Shown here: positions 52,813 to 63,486 of the stretch, piece after piece
Layout: each line of letters begins with the position of its first letter
How positions within the stretch are numbered: position 1 is the stretch's first letter
NCBI GenBank assembly: GCA_905618895.1
Contig: CAJQTA010000004.1
Coordinates: forward strand, 1,978-65,977
Source: an uncultured Candidatus Pelagibacter sp.
GTDB taxonomy: Bacteria; Pseudomonadota; Alphaproteobacteria; Pelagibacterales; Pelagibacteraceae
Direction of reading: 5' to 3'
DNA: 64,000 bases
Translations under genes and position numbers: made by a program
The notes under the pieces: generated by a model
What the model was told of the DNA's origin: nothing
Database searches by the model: none
What the model saw: the letters and a program-made list of their open reading frames with translations, nothing else

Positions 52813-53361
52813 ATGATAAACTTTAAGATTTTTAAATTAACAGTATTAATAATTACTTTATTTTTTACGGCAAGTTGTATAAACATTAATTCTATGAAAC
52901 CAACAGATTTTAAAAATACAGAGCCATCAATGACTATAGAAAACTACTTTGACGGTCCTGTTAAAGCATGGGGACTATTACAAGATCGAAATGGCAAGGT
53001 TACTAGACAATTTAAAGCAGATATGTTTGGCAGCTTTGAAGGTGATATTTTAACTCTTAAAGAGGATTTCTATTGGACAGATGGTGAAAAACAAAACCGA
53101 ATATGGAAAATCAAAAAAATTGATCAAAATTACTATGAAGGATCTGCTCCAGATGTTGTTGGAATTGCAAAAGGTTTTCAATATGGATCTGCTTTTAAAT
53201 TCGAATATAGCTTGATGGTTCCATTTAAAGGAAAGAATATCAAAGTTTCTTTTGATGATTGGATTTTCAAACAAGACGAAGAGGTTGCTATCAATAGAGC
53301 TACATTAACAAAATTTGGATTTAAAGTGGGTGAATTGACTGTATTCTTTAAGAAAAATTAG
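52813..53361 (+). CDS. DUF3833 family lipoprotein
   Basis: Lipobox-like TASC, YFDG...AWG, FDDW, KFGFKVG. Confidence 0.82.
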   Translation: MINFKIFKLTVLIITLFFTASCININSMKPTDFKNTEPSMTIENYFDGPVKAWGLLQDRNGKVTRQFKADMFGSFEGDILTLKEDFYWTDGEKQNRIWKIKKIDQNYYEGSAPDVVGIAKGFQYGSAFKFEYSLMVPFKGKNIKVSFDDWIFKQDEEVAINRATLTKFGFKVGELTVFFKKN

Positions 53362-53365
53362 TAGC

Positions 53366-54118
53366 TTATTTTTTGTATCCCATTCCAACAAGTTTGAAAT
53401 AGATCGCGTGAGGCAATAGCCTTAGAAATTTCAAAAAGTATGTAAACGTTTTTGGAAAATGGATTTCGAAACCCTTTTTCTTAATTAAGCCAATATAAAT
53501 TTGTTCTGCAGCAAATTCTGGTGACTTTATCATTGGCATTGGAAAATCATTCTGGTCTGTCATGGGAGTTTTGATAAAGCCAGGACTTATTAGTGAAACT
53601 CTTACATTTATTCTTTTCATTTCAAACTGCAGGCTTTCTGTAAAGCTAGTAAGTGCAGACTTAGACGCACAATAAGCACCAGCCGCAGGTAACCCTCTAT
53701 AACCAGCAACAGAAGAAATGATAGATATCTGCCCACTTTTTTTATTATTAAAGTACTCATAAATAGAGTTAATAGAATTCATTGTGCCAAAATAATTTAC
53801 TTCCATAATTTTTCTTATCTTATCTAAATTAAAGCTCTTTTCTGATTTTGGATCATGTATGCCAGTGCCAAATACGCAAATCTCAATATTTTCAAATCTT
53901 TTTATAATATTATCAAAGACAGTTTTGCACTGTTCAGCGTTTGTAACATCTAAAGGAAATGAATGAATATTTGTATTTTCACTTTGTAATTCCTGTAATA
54001 AATTTTCTCGTCTAGCAGAAGCAGCAACTACCCAGCCCTCGTTAGCAAATTTTAAAGCCAAAGATCTACCAATTCCACTACTTGCGCCAGTTATCCAAAT
54101 TACTTTTTTATCATTCAT
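53366..54118 (-). CDS. Short-chain dehydrogenase/reductase
   Basis: WITGASSGIG, YCASK, PGFIKTPMT. Confidence 0.92.
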   Translation of the reverse strand: MNDKKVIWITGASSGIGRSLALKFANEGWVVAASARRENLLQELQSENTNIHSFPLDVTNAEQCKTVFDNIIKRFENIEICVFGTGIHDPKSEKSFNLDKIRKIMEVNYFGTMNSINSIYEYFNNKKSGQISIISSVAGYRGLPAAGAYCASKSALTSFTESLQFEMKRINVRVSLISPGFIKTPMTDQNDFPMPMIKSPEFAAEQIYIGLIKKKGFEIHFPKTFTYFLKFLRLLPHAIYFKLVGMGYKK

Positions 54119-54139
54119 TAAGTGATGTATAATGAGTTT

Positions 54140-54607
54140 ATGTTAAAAAACAAATCATTATCCTTTCTACTATTTGCCATAATTACTTATTCAGCATCTG
54201 TTATTGGTGGTTTAGCCACTATAAACTTTAAAGAACCTTGGTATTCAATGTTAGTGATGCCAGCATACAATCCTCCTGACTGGGTTTTTGCACCAGTGTG
54301 GACTACACTTTATTTACTTATGACAATTGCTATCTGGAAATTCTGGCATAGTAAAAATAGAGATATAGATACGATTTATATCTACATCGTACATTTAATT
54401 TTTAACACAACTTGGAGTATAGTTTTTTTTGTTTTTCATAAAATTATTTTAGCTCTAATTGTATTGGTAATTTTAATATTATTGATAATAGTTCTCATAG
54501 TAAGATTTAAGCGTGTCAACTTGCTTAGTTATTATTTAATGATTCCTTATTTACTTTGGTGTCTCTTTGCATTACTTCTTAATGTAAGTCTAGTCATATT
54601 AAATTAA
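54140..54607 (+). CDS. tspO: TspO/MBR family protein
   Basis: WY..L..P.YNPPDWVFAPVWT, PYLLW. Start moved to ATG 54140 from the track's 54122. Confidence 0.9.
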   Translation: MLKNKSLSFLLFAIITYSASVIGGLATINFKEPWYSMLVMPAYNPPDWVFAPVWTTLYLLMTIAIWKFWHSKNRDIDTIYIYIVHLIFNTTWSIVFFVFHKIILALIVLVILILLIIVLIVRFKRVNLLSYYLMIPYLLWCLFALLLNVSLVILN

Positions 54608-54614
54608 ATAAATT

Positions 54615-55718
54615 ATGGATGATGTTGTAATAATTGGTGGTGGCATAATAGGAACTGCTACAGCCTATTTTTTATCTAAAGAGGGTAGAAAAGTAAAAGT
54701 TATAGAAAGAGACCCGACTTATAAAACAGCTTCTTTCCCATTATCATTGGGTGGATTTAGAAGGCAGTTTTTTCAAAAAGAAAACATATTACTAGGAAAG
54801 TTTGCTAGAGAATTTATTTTTCAAATTCCAGAATTACTTAAAACTGAAAAAAATCCTAACCCTACAGCAAGTATGGTTACAAATGGCTACTTATTAATGT
54901 TCGGTCTAGAGCATGCCGAGGAGCAATATAAAGCATTAAAAAATCATGAAGCTTGTGAAGCTGGCACTAAGAATATTAAAGGTTCTGAACTATCAAAAAT
55001 ATTTCCTTATATAAACAGTGAGGGTATTGAAACAGCCACTTATACAGACAACGAAAGTGAAGGATGGATTGATCCTTTCATGTTTCATAGCGCCTTAAAG
55101 AGTAAGGCAATTGAATTAGGCGCAGAATTTATTAAGGGTGAAGTTAAAAACATCTCTGATATCAAAGCTAAAACAATCATATCTGCAGCAGGATGTTGGA
55201 CTAAAGAATTATTAAAGGATATCCCAGTAGTTCCTCAAAAACATACAGTTTTTAGAGTTAAATGCCCTAAATATATTAAAGAAATGCCATTAACAGGAGA
55301 TTTAACAACAGGAGTTTACTGGAGACCTGAAGGTGGAGAATATTTAGCAGGTTCACCTAACTCAGTATTTGATGCTACCGATTTAGAGCCAGCTTGGAAT
55401 GATTTTGAAGAATTAGTATGGCCTGCATTAGCACAAAGAATTCCTGCTTTTGAAGAATTAAAATTAACTGGTGGATGGGCTGGTTATTATGATTGCAACA
55501 AATTGGATAATAATGCAGTGGTCGGCAAACACCCTAAATATGAAAATGTATATATGGCATCAGGATTTACTGGAAGAGGTTTGATGCAAGCACCAGGCAT
55601 TGGTAGAGCTTTAACAGAATTGATAACAACAGGCTCTTATCAAACGATTGATATTAGTGATTTTTCTGTAGAAAGAGTGCTTGAAAATAATGCAAGACCA
55701 GAGCCTTACGTTTTATAA
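54615..55718 (+). CDS. FAD-dependent oxidoreductase (DAO/sarcosine oxidase beta-like)
   Basis: GGGIIG, S.GGFRRQF, WAGYYD, GFTGRGLMQAP. Confidence 0.82.
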   Translation: MDDVVIIGGGIIGTATAYFLSKEGRKVKVIERDPTYKTASFPLSLGGFRRQFFQKENILLGKFAREFIFQIPELLKTEKNPNPTASMVTNGYLLMFGLEHAEEQYKALKNHEACEAGTKNIKGSELSKIFPYINSEGIETATYTDNESEGWIDPFMFHSALKSKAIELGAEFIKGEVKNISDIKAKTIISAAGCWTKELLKDIPVVPQKHTVFRVKCPKYIKEMPLTGDLTTGVYWRPEGGEYLAGSPNSVFDATDLEPAWNDFEELVWPALAQRIPAFEELKLTGGWAGYYDCNKLDNNAVVGKHPKYENVYMASGFTGRGLMQAPGIGRALTELITTGSYQTIDISDFSVERVLENNARPEPYVL

Positions 55719-55722
55719 AAAA

Positions 55723-57174
55723 TCAAGTTCCACAAAAAGTTTGGTATCTTTGGTCACTTATAGGAGCTGCAGATTGATATTCAGCAATTTCTTTTTGATT
55801 TTCATAGGGCTTTTCAATAATTTTAATTAATTTTTTCACTAAGCTCAGATCGTTATTATTTGCAAGCTCTAAAGCTTCTTCAACTTTATGATTTCTAGGA
55901 ATGACTAAAGGATTAACAGATCTCATTAATTTTAAATATTTTTCAGGTGTATTATTGTTTGACATTAATCGTTCTTCCCATCTTTTTTTCCAGACAATAA
56001 AGTTTTCATTATTAAATATTTCATTATTTTGAATCTTTTCATTCATTAAATAACAAAAAGTGTTTGTGTAGTCAGTTTTATTTTGGTGCATCCATGTTAA
56101 TAGATCTAAAATTAATACTTGATCTTTTGGGTCCTCTCCAAATAGACCTAATTTATCACGCATCATATTTAACCATTTTGTTTCATATATCTTTTCAAAA
56201 TTATTAATTTCTTCAGTTACTATATCGATTGCTTTATCTTTATCTTCATTAACTAAAGGCACTAAACATTCTGCAAATCTTGCTAAATTCCATTTAGTAA
56301 TACTGGGTTGATTAAAATAAGCATATCTACCAAGTTGATCTATAGAACTAAATACTGTCTGAGGATCATAGGTGTCCATGAATGCGCATGGTCCATAATC
56401 TATTGTTTCTCCAGAGATAGTCATATTATCAGTATTCATGACACCATGGATAAAGCCAACACGCATCCAGTTTATTACTAAATTAATTTGTTTTTCCATT
56501 AATGCTCTTAATAAATCTAAAGCTTGATTTTTAGATTTTTCAATATTTGGATAGTGACGATCTACAGTATAATTAACCAAAGTTTTTAATTCATTTTCAT
56601 TTTGTCTCGCCGCTATGTATTGAAATGTACCAACACGTAAATGACTACTGGCAACTCTTGTAAGTATTGCCCCTGGTAAAATATTTTCTCTTACAACATC
56701 TTCACCAGTTTTAACAACAGCCAAACTTCTTGTTGTTGGAATATTTAAAGCGTGTATTGCTTCACTAATAATATATTCTCTTAACATTGGTCCCAAAGCA
56801 GCTCTGCCATCACCATTTCTTGAAAAAGGTGTTATGCCAGAACCTTTAAACTGAATATCAAACCTTTCATTATCTTTGGTTACATGTTCACCCATTAAAG
56901 TCGCCCTTCCATCACCAAGCATAGTAAAATGACCGAATTGATGACCTGCATAAGCCTGAGCAATCGTTTTTGAATCTTTTGGCAATAGATTTCCAGAAAA
57001 TAATTCAGATAAATTTTTGTTATTTGTTGTAGAAAAATCTAATCCTAATTCTTTTGACAAATCATCATTTAAAATAATAAGATCTGGGGATTTTACTTTA
57101 GTGGGTAACACTTCAGATGAAAAAATATTTGGTAACTTTGAATATGTATTGTCAAAATGCCAACCAATAGTCAT
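55723..57174 (-). CDS. selO: Protein adenylyltransferase SelO (YdiU)
   Basis: AYAGHQFG, LGDGR, GFIHGVMNTDN, IDYGP, TFCGT C-terminus. Confidence 0.94.
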   Translation of the reverse strand: MTIGWHFDNTYSKLPNIFSSEVLPTKVKSPDLIILNDDLSKELGLDFSTTNNKNLSELFSGNLLPKDSKTIAQAYAGHQFGHFTMLGDGRATLMGEHVTKDNERFDIQFKGSGITPFSRNGDGRAALGPMLREYIISEAIHALNIPTTRSLAVVKTGEDVVRENILPGAILTRVASSHLRVGTFQYIAARQNENELKTLVNYTVDRHYPNIEKSKNQALDLLRALMEKQINLVINWMRVGFIHGVMNTDNMTISGETIDYGPCAFMDTYDPQTVFSSIDQLGRYAYFNQPSITKWNLARFAECLVPLVNEDKDKAIDIVTEEINNFEKIYETKWLNMMRDKLGLFGEDPKDQVLILDLLTWMHQNKTDYTNTFCYLMNEKIQNNEIFNNENFIVWKKRWEERLMSNNNTPEKYLKLMRSVNPLVIPRNHKVEEALELANNNDLSLVKKLIKIIEKPYENQKEIAEYQSAAPISDQRYQTFCGT

Positions 57175-57183
57175 TTTAAAGAA

Positions 57184-59952
57184 TTAATTAACTTCGGCTT
57201 GATTTTCCTTAGGTTCAAATTCAGTTTTGAATTGATTAGAAATTTTTTGAACCTCTACAGCTGAAACTTTATATTCTGCACACATAGTTTCCTCATCTTT
57301 TCCATGTCCAGTTACCATATTAACCATATGTTCAGGAAAGTGGAATGTTGTAAATACTATTCCTTCTTTAACTTTATCTGTTACTTCAACCTTTAAGGCT
57401 ACCTCACCTCTGCCGGAATAAAGTCTACCAATATCACCTGTATTTAATTCTCTTTTTTTAGCATCATTAGGATGAACTAATAATAAGTCTTCAGAAACAA
57501 TATTTATATTTTTTGTACGTCTTGTCATTGTAGCAGCATTATAATGTTGTAGGACTCTACTTGTTGTTAAAATTAAAGGATAATCTTTTTTATTGGTTTC
57601 AATTTCTGTAGATTCTTTCCAGTCAAAATTCTTAAGTCGTCCTTTTCCAATTTTAAAAGTTTCTTGGTGTAAAATTTGAGTATCTGTTCCATCTTCTTGA
57701 ACAGGCCACTGTAATCCCATTTTACCAAGTCTCTCCCTTGTTACACCTTTAAAGAAAGGAACCACATCTGCAATTTCTGCAAGCACTTGATCGGCATCAT
57801 AAGTTGGTTGATCAAAACCTAATTTCTGCATCATATCTGTTACAATCATTCCATCAGTTTTAGTACCAGGCAAAGGAGGTACTGCACGATTAACTCTTTG
57901 AATTCGTCTTTCAGTATTAGTAAAAGTTCCATCTTTTTCTAAAAAAGTTGTTCCAGGCAATACTACAGTCGCAAGTTTTGCTGTCTCGCTCATAAAGATT
58001 TCTTGTACCACTAGTAACTCTAAAGAGTTCATCGCTTGAACTACATGTGCACTATTAGGATCTGTTTGAACAATATCTTCTCCAATAATCCAGACAGCTT
58101 TTACATCTTTATTAATTGCCCCATCAAACATTTCTGGAATTTTTAGTCCTTGTTTCGTTGGGTGAACCACTCCATATTTTTCTGAATAAAAGTTTTGATT
58201 TTTTTCATCAGCTACCTCAAAGTAACCAGCTCCTTGATGAGGTTGGCACCCCATATCAGCAGCACCTTGGACATTATTTTGTCCTCTTAGTGGGTTAACA
58301 CCAACACCTCTTCTACCAATATTTCCTGTAATCATTGCAAGATCAGCAATTAACATTACTGTTTTAGAGCCTTGTTCTTGTTCTGTAACTCCTAAACCAT
58401 GGAATTCCATTGAATTTTTAGCTGTTGCATAAGCTATAGCAGCCTCTTTAACTAATTGTTTATCAACTCCAGCAACTTTAGCTAGATGATCCATGTCTTG
58501 TCTTTCAATTTCCTTAATAAAGTTATCAAACCCCTCTGTTCTATCTCTAATAAAATCTTTATTATAAAGTTTAGATTTTATAATAAAATGTAGCATCATA
58601 TTTAGTATAGCAACGTTTGTTCCTGGTCTAAGTTTGATATGATAATCTGCAAGTTGAGCAAGCTCTGTAGTAATAGGATCCAATACTATTAGTTTTTTAC
58701 CTTTCATTACCTGTTGTTTAATTTTAGCACCAGTCACTGGGTGAGCATTGGTAGGATTTGCTCCGATAATCATAAATAAATCTGCATGGTAAATATCTTC
58801 AGTAGAATTTGTAGCTGCACCTGTTCCAAATGTTTGCTGCATTCCCCAAGCAGTAGGTGAATGACAAATTCTTGCACAACAATCAATATTATTAGTTCCT
58901 ATTGCAGCTCTAATCATTTTTTGAAAAACATAATTTTCTTCATTAGTACATCTTGCCGAAGAAATACCAGCAACTGCATCAGGACCATTTTCTTTAGTTA
59001 TTCTGTTTAATTCTTTTTTAATAAAGTCATAGGCCTCATCCCAAGAAGCTTCTTCAAATTTTCCATTTCTTTTTATTAAGGGGCTTTTTAATCTGTCTGG
59101 GTGATCATAAAATCCAAATGCATATCTTCCTTTAATACAAGTGTGACCTGCGTTAACTTCAGATTCTTTTGGCGTAGATATTGCAACAACCTTGTTATCT
59201 TTAATTGATGCTTCTAAATTACATCCAACTCCGCAGTAAGAACAGGTTGTTCTAACTTTTTCATCTACAGCTACAGATTTTGATTGAAAGACATCTGAGA
59301 TAGCATCTGTTGGGCAAGTGTGTGCACAAGCTCCACAAGATACACAAGACGAGTCACCAAATAAAGCATCGTTGTCTGTTGTAATTTTAGATTCAAATCC
59401 TCTACCACTCATTGTTAATACAAAAGAACCTTGAATTTCATCACAAGCACGAACACATCTTCCACAATTAATGCAGTTATCTAAATTCATTCTCATGTAA
59501 TCATGAGAGGTGTCTCTTGGAATACCTTTGTGTTGTTTTGGTACATTATATCTGTGATCTGATATGCCTAAATCATTAGCAACATCTTGAAGTTCACAGT
59601 TATTATTAACCTCACAAGTTCCACATTCCATTGGATGGTCGGTTAAAACTAGTTCAACAATATTTTTTCTTAAAGCCGTTAAATTTTCATTGTTTGTAAA
59701 AATATGTTGGTTTTCACCAACTGGTGTATGACATGAGGCTACAACTTTAGTTGGACCATCTTTAACTAAAGCCACCTCAACACAACAAACCCTACAAGCT
59801 CCATAAGGTGCTAAGTTTGGATCGTCACATAATGAAGGAACTTTTTTGTTTCCAAGATAACTTTTTACAAATTTTAAAACTGAAGTATGGTTCGGACCAA
59901 TTTCATATGGCTTTCCATCTATATAGGCGATTTTTCTTTTTTCTGAGCTCAT
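57184..59952 (-). CDS. fdhF: Formate dehydrogenase alpha subunit (molybdopterin, Cys-type)
   Basis: N-terminal Fe-S motifs, CSYCGVGC, CCARICH, LRGQNNVQG. Confidence 0.93.
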   Translation of the reverse strand: MSSEKRKIAYIDGKPYEIGPNHTSVLKFVKSYLGNKKVPSLCDDPNLAPYGACRVCCVEVALVKDGPTKVVASCHTPVGENQHIFTNNENLTALRKNIVELVLTDHPMECGTCEVNNNCELQDVANDLGISDHRYNVPKQHKGIPRDTSHDYMRMNLDNCINCGRCVRACDEIQGSFVLTMSGRGFESKITTDNDALFGDSSCVSCGACAHTCPTDAISDVFQSKSVAVDEKVRTTCSYCGVGCNLEASIKDNKVVAISTPKESEVNAGHTCIKGRYAFGFYDHPDRLKSPLIKRNGKFEEASWDEAYDFIKKELNRITKENGPDAVAGISSARCTNEENYVFQKMIRAAIGTNNIDCCARICHSPTAWGMQQTFGTGAATNSTEDIYHADLFMIIGANPTNAHPVTGAKIKQQVMKGKKLIVLDPITTELAQLADYHIKLRPGTNVAILNMMLHFIIKSKLYNKDFIRDRTEGFDNFIKEIERQDMDHLAKVAGVDKQLVKEAAIAYATAKNSMEFHGLGVTEQEQGSKTVMLIADLAMITGNIGRRGVGVNPLRGQNNVQGAADMGCQPHQGAGYFEVADEKNQNFYSEKYGVVHPTKQGLKIPEMFDGAINKDVKAVWIIGEDIVQTDPNSAHVVQAMNSLELLVVQEIFMSETAKLATVVLPGTTFLEKDGTFTNTERRIQRVNRAVPPLPGTKTDGMIVTDMMQKLGFDQPTYDADQVLAEIADVVPFFKGVTRERLGKMGLQWPVQEDGTDTQILHQETFKIGKGRLKNFDWKESTEIETNKKDYPLILTTSRVLQHYNAATMTRRTKNINIVSEDLLLVHPNDAKKRELNTGDIGRLYSGRGEVALKVEVTDKVKEGIVFTTFHFPEHMVNMVTGHGKDEETMCAEYKVSAVEVQKISNQFKTEFEPKENQAEVN

Positions 59953-61610
59953 TAATTATCTTTCACCATATCATCCTTCATTTCATCACCAAAATATTTT
60001 AATATATTCATGATAGGAGAAGGTATTGCACCACATAATGCACATAAACAGCCTTTTTTCATTGTTACTAGCAGTTCATTTAATAGCTTTAATGGAATTT
60101 TAGCAGTCTTATTCTTTGCCTGATCAAACATTTCCTTACCACGGTAAGAACCGAGTCTACCTGGAAAGCATTTTCCACATGATTCTTCAGCTGAAAATTC
60201 AAATAAATGATGAATATATTCGACCATTGGAAAGTCTTTTGGAATACTTACTATACTTGCGTGCCCCAACATAAAACCAGCATCAGTGAACTCTTGAAAA
60301 TCTAAATTTAATTTTTCAGCTTCTTCAATTGGAATAACACCACCTAATGGTCCACCAATTTGCAATGCTTTAACAGGTTCTTTGAAACCTCCACCAATAT
60401 CATTTAAAACTTTTTTCATTGGTGTGCCCATTTCAACTTCATAAACACCAGGATTATTAAAAAAACTATCAAAACAAACTAATTTTGTACCTGCCGATTT
60501 TTTATTACCAACTGCAGAAAATTTTTCTGATCCATTAATAAGTATACCCGTAGCTGCAGCTAAAGTTTCAACATTGTTCACAACTGTTGGTTTTTTATAA
60601 AGTCCTTCAGTAACAGGGAAGGGAGGTCTCACATCAACTTCTGCTCTTCTTCCTTCAATTGATGCAATTAAAGCAGTTTCTTCTCCACATATGTACGCTC
60701 CTTGTCCAATACAAATATTTAAATCAAAAGAAAAGCTGGTACCTAGAATGTTTTTACCTAATAAACCTTCTTTTTTTAAAGAATTAATACATCCATTTAT
60801 TGCTTCAATAGATTTTGGATATTCTCCTCTAATATATAAAACACCTTCGTCACTGCCAATAACATAACCACAAATAATCATTCCAAATAATACTTTTAGT
60901 GGCTGATCTTCTAATAAGTATCTATCAGAAAATGCACCAGAGTCTCCTTCATCAGCATTGCAGATAACATATTTTTTTTCAGATTCTGCTTTTCTACAAA
61001 AATCCCATTTCATTCCTGCTGGAAAACCAGCACCACCTCTACCTGTTAGGTTTGAATCTAATAGTGACTTTATAATTTCTTGTTTGTCAGTATTTATAAA
61101 TTTACTTAAAATATCTTTAAATTGATCTAAATTTGAAAGTTTATCATCCATTAAAAAACTTGTTGAAGCAAAACTTTTAGAGAAGAATTTTTCCTGTTTG
61201 ATTTTTTCTCCTTTAATTATCTCATCAATTTTATCGATGTCATTCCCAGCATAGTTTTCACCATCATAATGAAAAGCTTTATTTTCGTAACAGTGACCAA
61301 GACAAAACATTTCACCAACTTTGTCATCACCTAATTTTTCTTTTAATTTTTTCTTTAAAGGTTCCTGTGTTCCAGAACACATGCAAGCACTTCCATTACA
61401 AACAAAGGCTTTCTTTGCTCTATGAGATGGTCTTAAAAATTCATAAAAACTTTCGGCACCGTGAATAGTAGATACACCCATATGGTATTCATTAGCTATT
61501 TCTTTAATACCACTTGAGTCTTTAGAATTTAATGATCTTTCAGAAATTTTTTCAAATAGGTTTTTTTTTAATCCTATTCTTCCTGACAAGTTACTGATAT
61601 TTTTTGACAC
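59952..61610 (-). CDS. NAD-dependent formate dehydrogenase FMN/Fe-S subunit (NuoF-like with short NuoE-like N-terminus)
   Basis: GRGGAGFP, CNADEGD, GAYICGEETAL, ESCGKCFP; N-terminal CxxxxC...CLGHC. Confidence 0.88.
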   Translation of the reverse strand: MSKNISNLSGRIGLKKNLFEKISERSLNSKDSSGIKEIANEYHMGVSTIHGAESFYEFLRPSHRAKKAFVCNGSACMCSGTQEPLKKKLKEKLGDDKVGEMFCLGHCYENKAFHYDGENYAGNDIDKIDEIIKGEKIKQEKFFSKSFASTSFLMDDKLSNLDQFKDILSKFINTDKQEIIKSLLDSNLTGRGGAGFPAGMKWDFCRKAESEKKYVICNADEGDSGAFSDRYLLEDQPLKVLFGMIICGYVIGSDEGVLYIRGEYPKSIEAINGCINSLKKEGLLGKNILGTSFSFDLNICIGQGAYICGEETALIASIEGRRAEVDVRPPFPVTEGLYKKPTVVNNVETLAAATGILINGSEKFSAVGNKKSAGTKLVCFDSFFNNPGVYEVEMGTPMKKVLNDIGGGFKEPVKALQIGGPLGGVIPIEEAEKLNLDFQEFTDAGFMLGHASIVSIPKDFPMVEYIHHLFEFSAEESCGKCFPGRLGSYRGKEMFDQAKNKTAKIPLKLLNELLVTMKKGCLCALCGAIPSPIMNILKYFGDEMKDDMVKDN

Positions 61611-61629
61611 AATTTACCCTTTTAAATTT

Positions 61630-62472
61630 TCAATTTTTTATTATAATTCTTTCACTATTACTATAAATATTAAAGCTGCCTTCTTTTACAAAACCAACTA
61701 ACGTCATGTTAAACTTATTAGCCAAATCTATAGCGAGACTGGTTGGCGCACCCACACCTATTAGGACGCCTATATTGGCCATTAGAGCCTTTTGTACCAA
61801 ATCAAAGTTTAATCTTCCAGAGCAGGTTAAAAATTGAGAACAATTATCAAGCAACTTTTTTTTTAAAACGAATCCAATCAATTTGTCTAAAGCATTATGT
61901 CGTCCCACATCTTCTTTTACAGCAACAACCTCACCATTAGCGTTGAACAAGCCACTAGCGTGAATTCCACCTGTTTTTGAAAACTCAGATTGCTTCTGTT
62001 TTAATATATCAGGAGACTTCATTATTATTTCATGATGTATTTTTGGGATAGATTTTATTATTTTATCTTTTTTAATAATCTCTAAAGATTCAAGAGATGT
62101 TTTCCCACACACACCACATGAAGAATTTGTCAAAAAATTTCTTTTAATTTTATCAATATCAATATTTTCTGAATTATTTATCGTTACGATAATTTTATTT
62201 CTTAATTTATATTGACCAACAGGCTCACCACTTGCTTCAATTTTTTCTATATGATTAATTTTTTCAATTACTCTTTCATTAAAAAGAAAGCCAGTAACTA
62301 AATCTTCATCATCACCAGGCGTTCTCATTGTAATAGATATGGTATTTTCAATCCAATTTTCTTTATTTTTATATTTGAGTATTATTTCAAGTGGTTCTTC
62401 AATTGATACTTGATCATCAACTTCTTTTGATTTGTTAGATCTAAATTTTATGACTTTATAATTAGAATTCAT
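61630..62472 (-). CDS. fdhD: Formate dehydrogenase sulfurtransferase FdhD
   Basis: MRTPG, SSCGVCGK, TGGIHA, EDVGRHNALDK. Confidence 0.95.
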   Translation of the reverse strand: MNSNYKVIKFRSNKSKEVDDQVSIEEPLEIILKYKNKENWIENTISITMRTPGDDEDLVTGFLFNERVIEKINHIEKIEASGEPVGQYKLRNKIIVTINNSENIDIDKIKRNFLTNSSCGVCGKTSLESLEIIKKDKIIKSIPKIHHEIIMKSPDILKQKQSEFSKTGGIHASGLFNANGEVVAVKEDVGRHNALDKLIGFVLKKKLLDNCSQFLTCSGRLNFDLVQKALMANIGVLIGVGAPTSLAIDLANKFNMTLVGFVKEGSFNIYSNSERIIIKN

Positions 62473-62526
62473 TTAGCTAGTATATTTAAACTGGCTAGAT
62501 TTGAAACAACGAAAAGATAAACTTTT

Positions 62527-63003
62527 CTAGCTACTTGGGTAGTTTTTCTTTAAAATGAAACGATTTAAAATAATGGCATAAAGAATTATTATTATTGAAC
62601 CAAAAATAATTGGATTTAATAAAAAATCATATGAAACTGCACCAAGTATTATAACTATAGGATTTCCTCCTGCAGGTGGGTGAGTTACGCCAAGTAGTAT
62701 CATTACAAAAATACCAAGGCCTACAGCAATAGCGATTTGCAAGAATTGATCTACTGGAAGAAATTTTAAAATTAAAACACCGACTATAGATGTTACTAAG
62801 TGTCCAAAGAAAACATTTTTAGGTTGCGCAAAAGGGCTTTCAGGATATCCAAAAAGTAGAACCATAGATGAGCCAAATGACCCAGCTAGGAATAATCCAT
62901 AAGGGGTTTTAAAACTTAAAAATGAAAGAGTACCGATTGTAATTATTGAAAATATTAAAGCATATAAAGCTCTACTAAAATTTTCTTTTATTGTATTTAT
63001 CAT
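62527..63003 (-). CDS. HPP family membrane protein
   Basis: SFGSS, SPFAQPKN, HPPAG. Confidence 0.9.
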   Translation of the reverse strand: MINTIKENFSRALYALIFSIITIGTLSFLSFKTPYGLFLAGSFGSSMVLLFGYPESPFAQPKNVFFGHLVTSIVGVLILKFLPVDQFLQIAIAVGLGIFVMILLGVTHPPAGGNPIVIILGAVSYDFLLNPIIFGSIIIILYAIILNRFILKKNYPSS

Positions 63004-63032
63004 ATATTTTTATCTTTAACGTTATTGTTAAT

Positions 63033-63443
63033 TTAAAGGTTTAGAGCCCTTGAAAGAGTTTTAAAAGGAAGTAACAAACACTCTTTTCTAGAAATGTTTT
63101 CAGGATTTAGAATCTTTTTAAAGTCTTTCAAGTCTTTTATATTAATTTTTTTGGTTTGATCAAAATTTTTTTCGAAAAATAATTCAGAGTTTGAGACAAA
63201 AGTAGAAATTTTTTCTACCGAGGCTTGCACAACCCACCTTGAAAGTAAACTTACTGAAGCCTGGCAGTAAACGCATGATCTACATTGATACCCCATATCT
63301 TCAATTATATTCTCTTTTACTACCAAGCTAATTTGCATTTCATCACCACATATTGGATTTTTATTCTTGGCTTGATGAGTATAATTTTTAACCACTTTGT
63401 GGTTTTCGGTATTAGATGCAATTTCTAAAATTTTTAAGTCCAT
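63033..63443 (-). CDS. NifU/IscU/SufU-like scaffold protein
   Basis: NPICGD, CVYCQAS, RKECLLLP. Confidence 0.8.
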   Translation of the reverse strand: MDLKILEIASNTENHKVVKNYTHQAKNKNPICGDEMQISLVVKENIIEDMGYQCRSCVYCQASVSLLSRWVVQASVEKISTFVSNSELFFEKNFDQTKKINIKDLKDFKKILNPENISRKECLLLPFKTLSRALNL

Positions 63444-63486
63444 TATAATTCTTTAATTAAAAGATTAATGTTTTATATTTTGATTT

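Noticed and set aside
55723-59952. Selenocysteine in FdhF or SelO
   Set aside because: Both frames are open with Cys at the relevant sites (CCARICH; TFCGT); no in-frame TGA.
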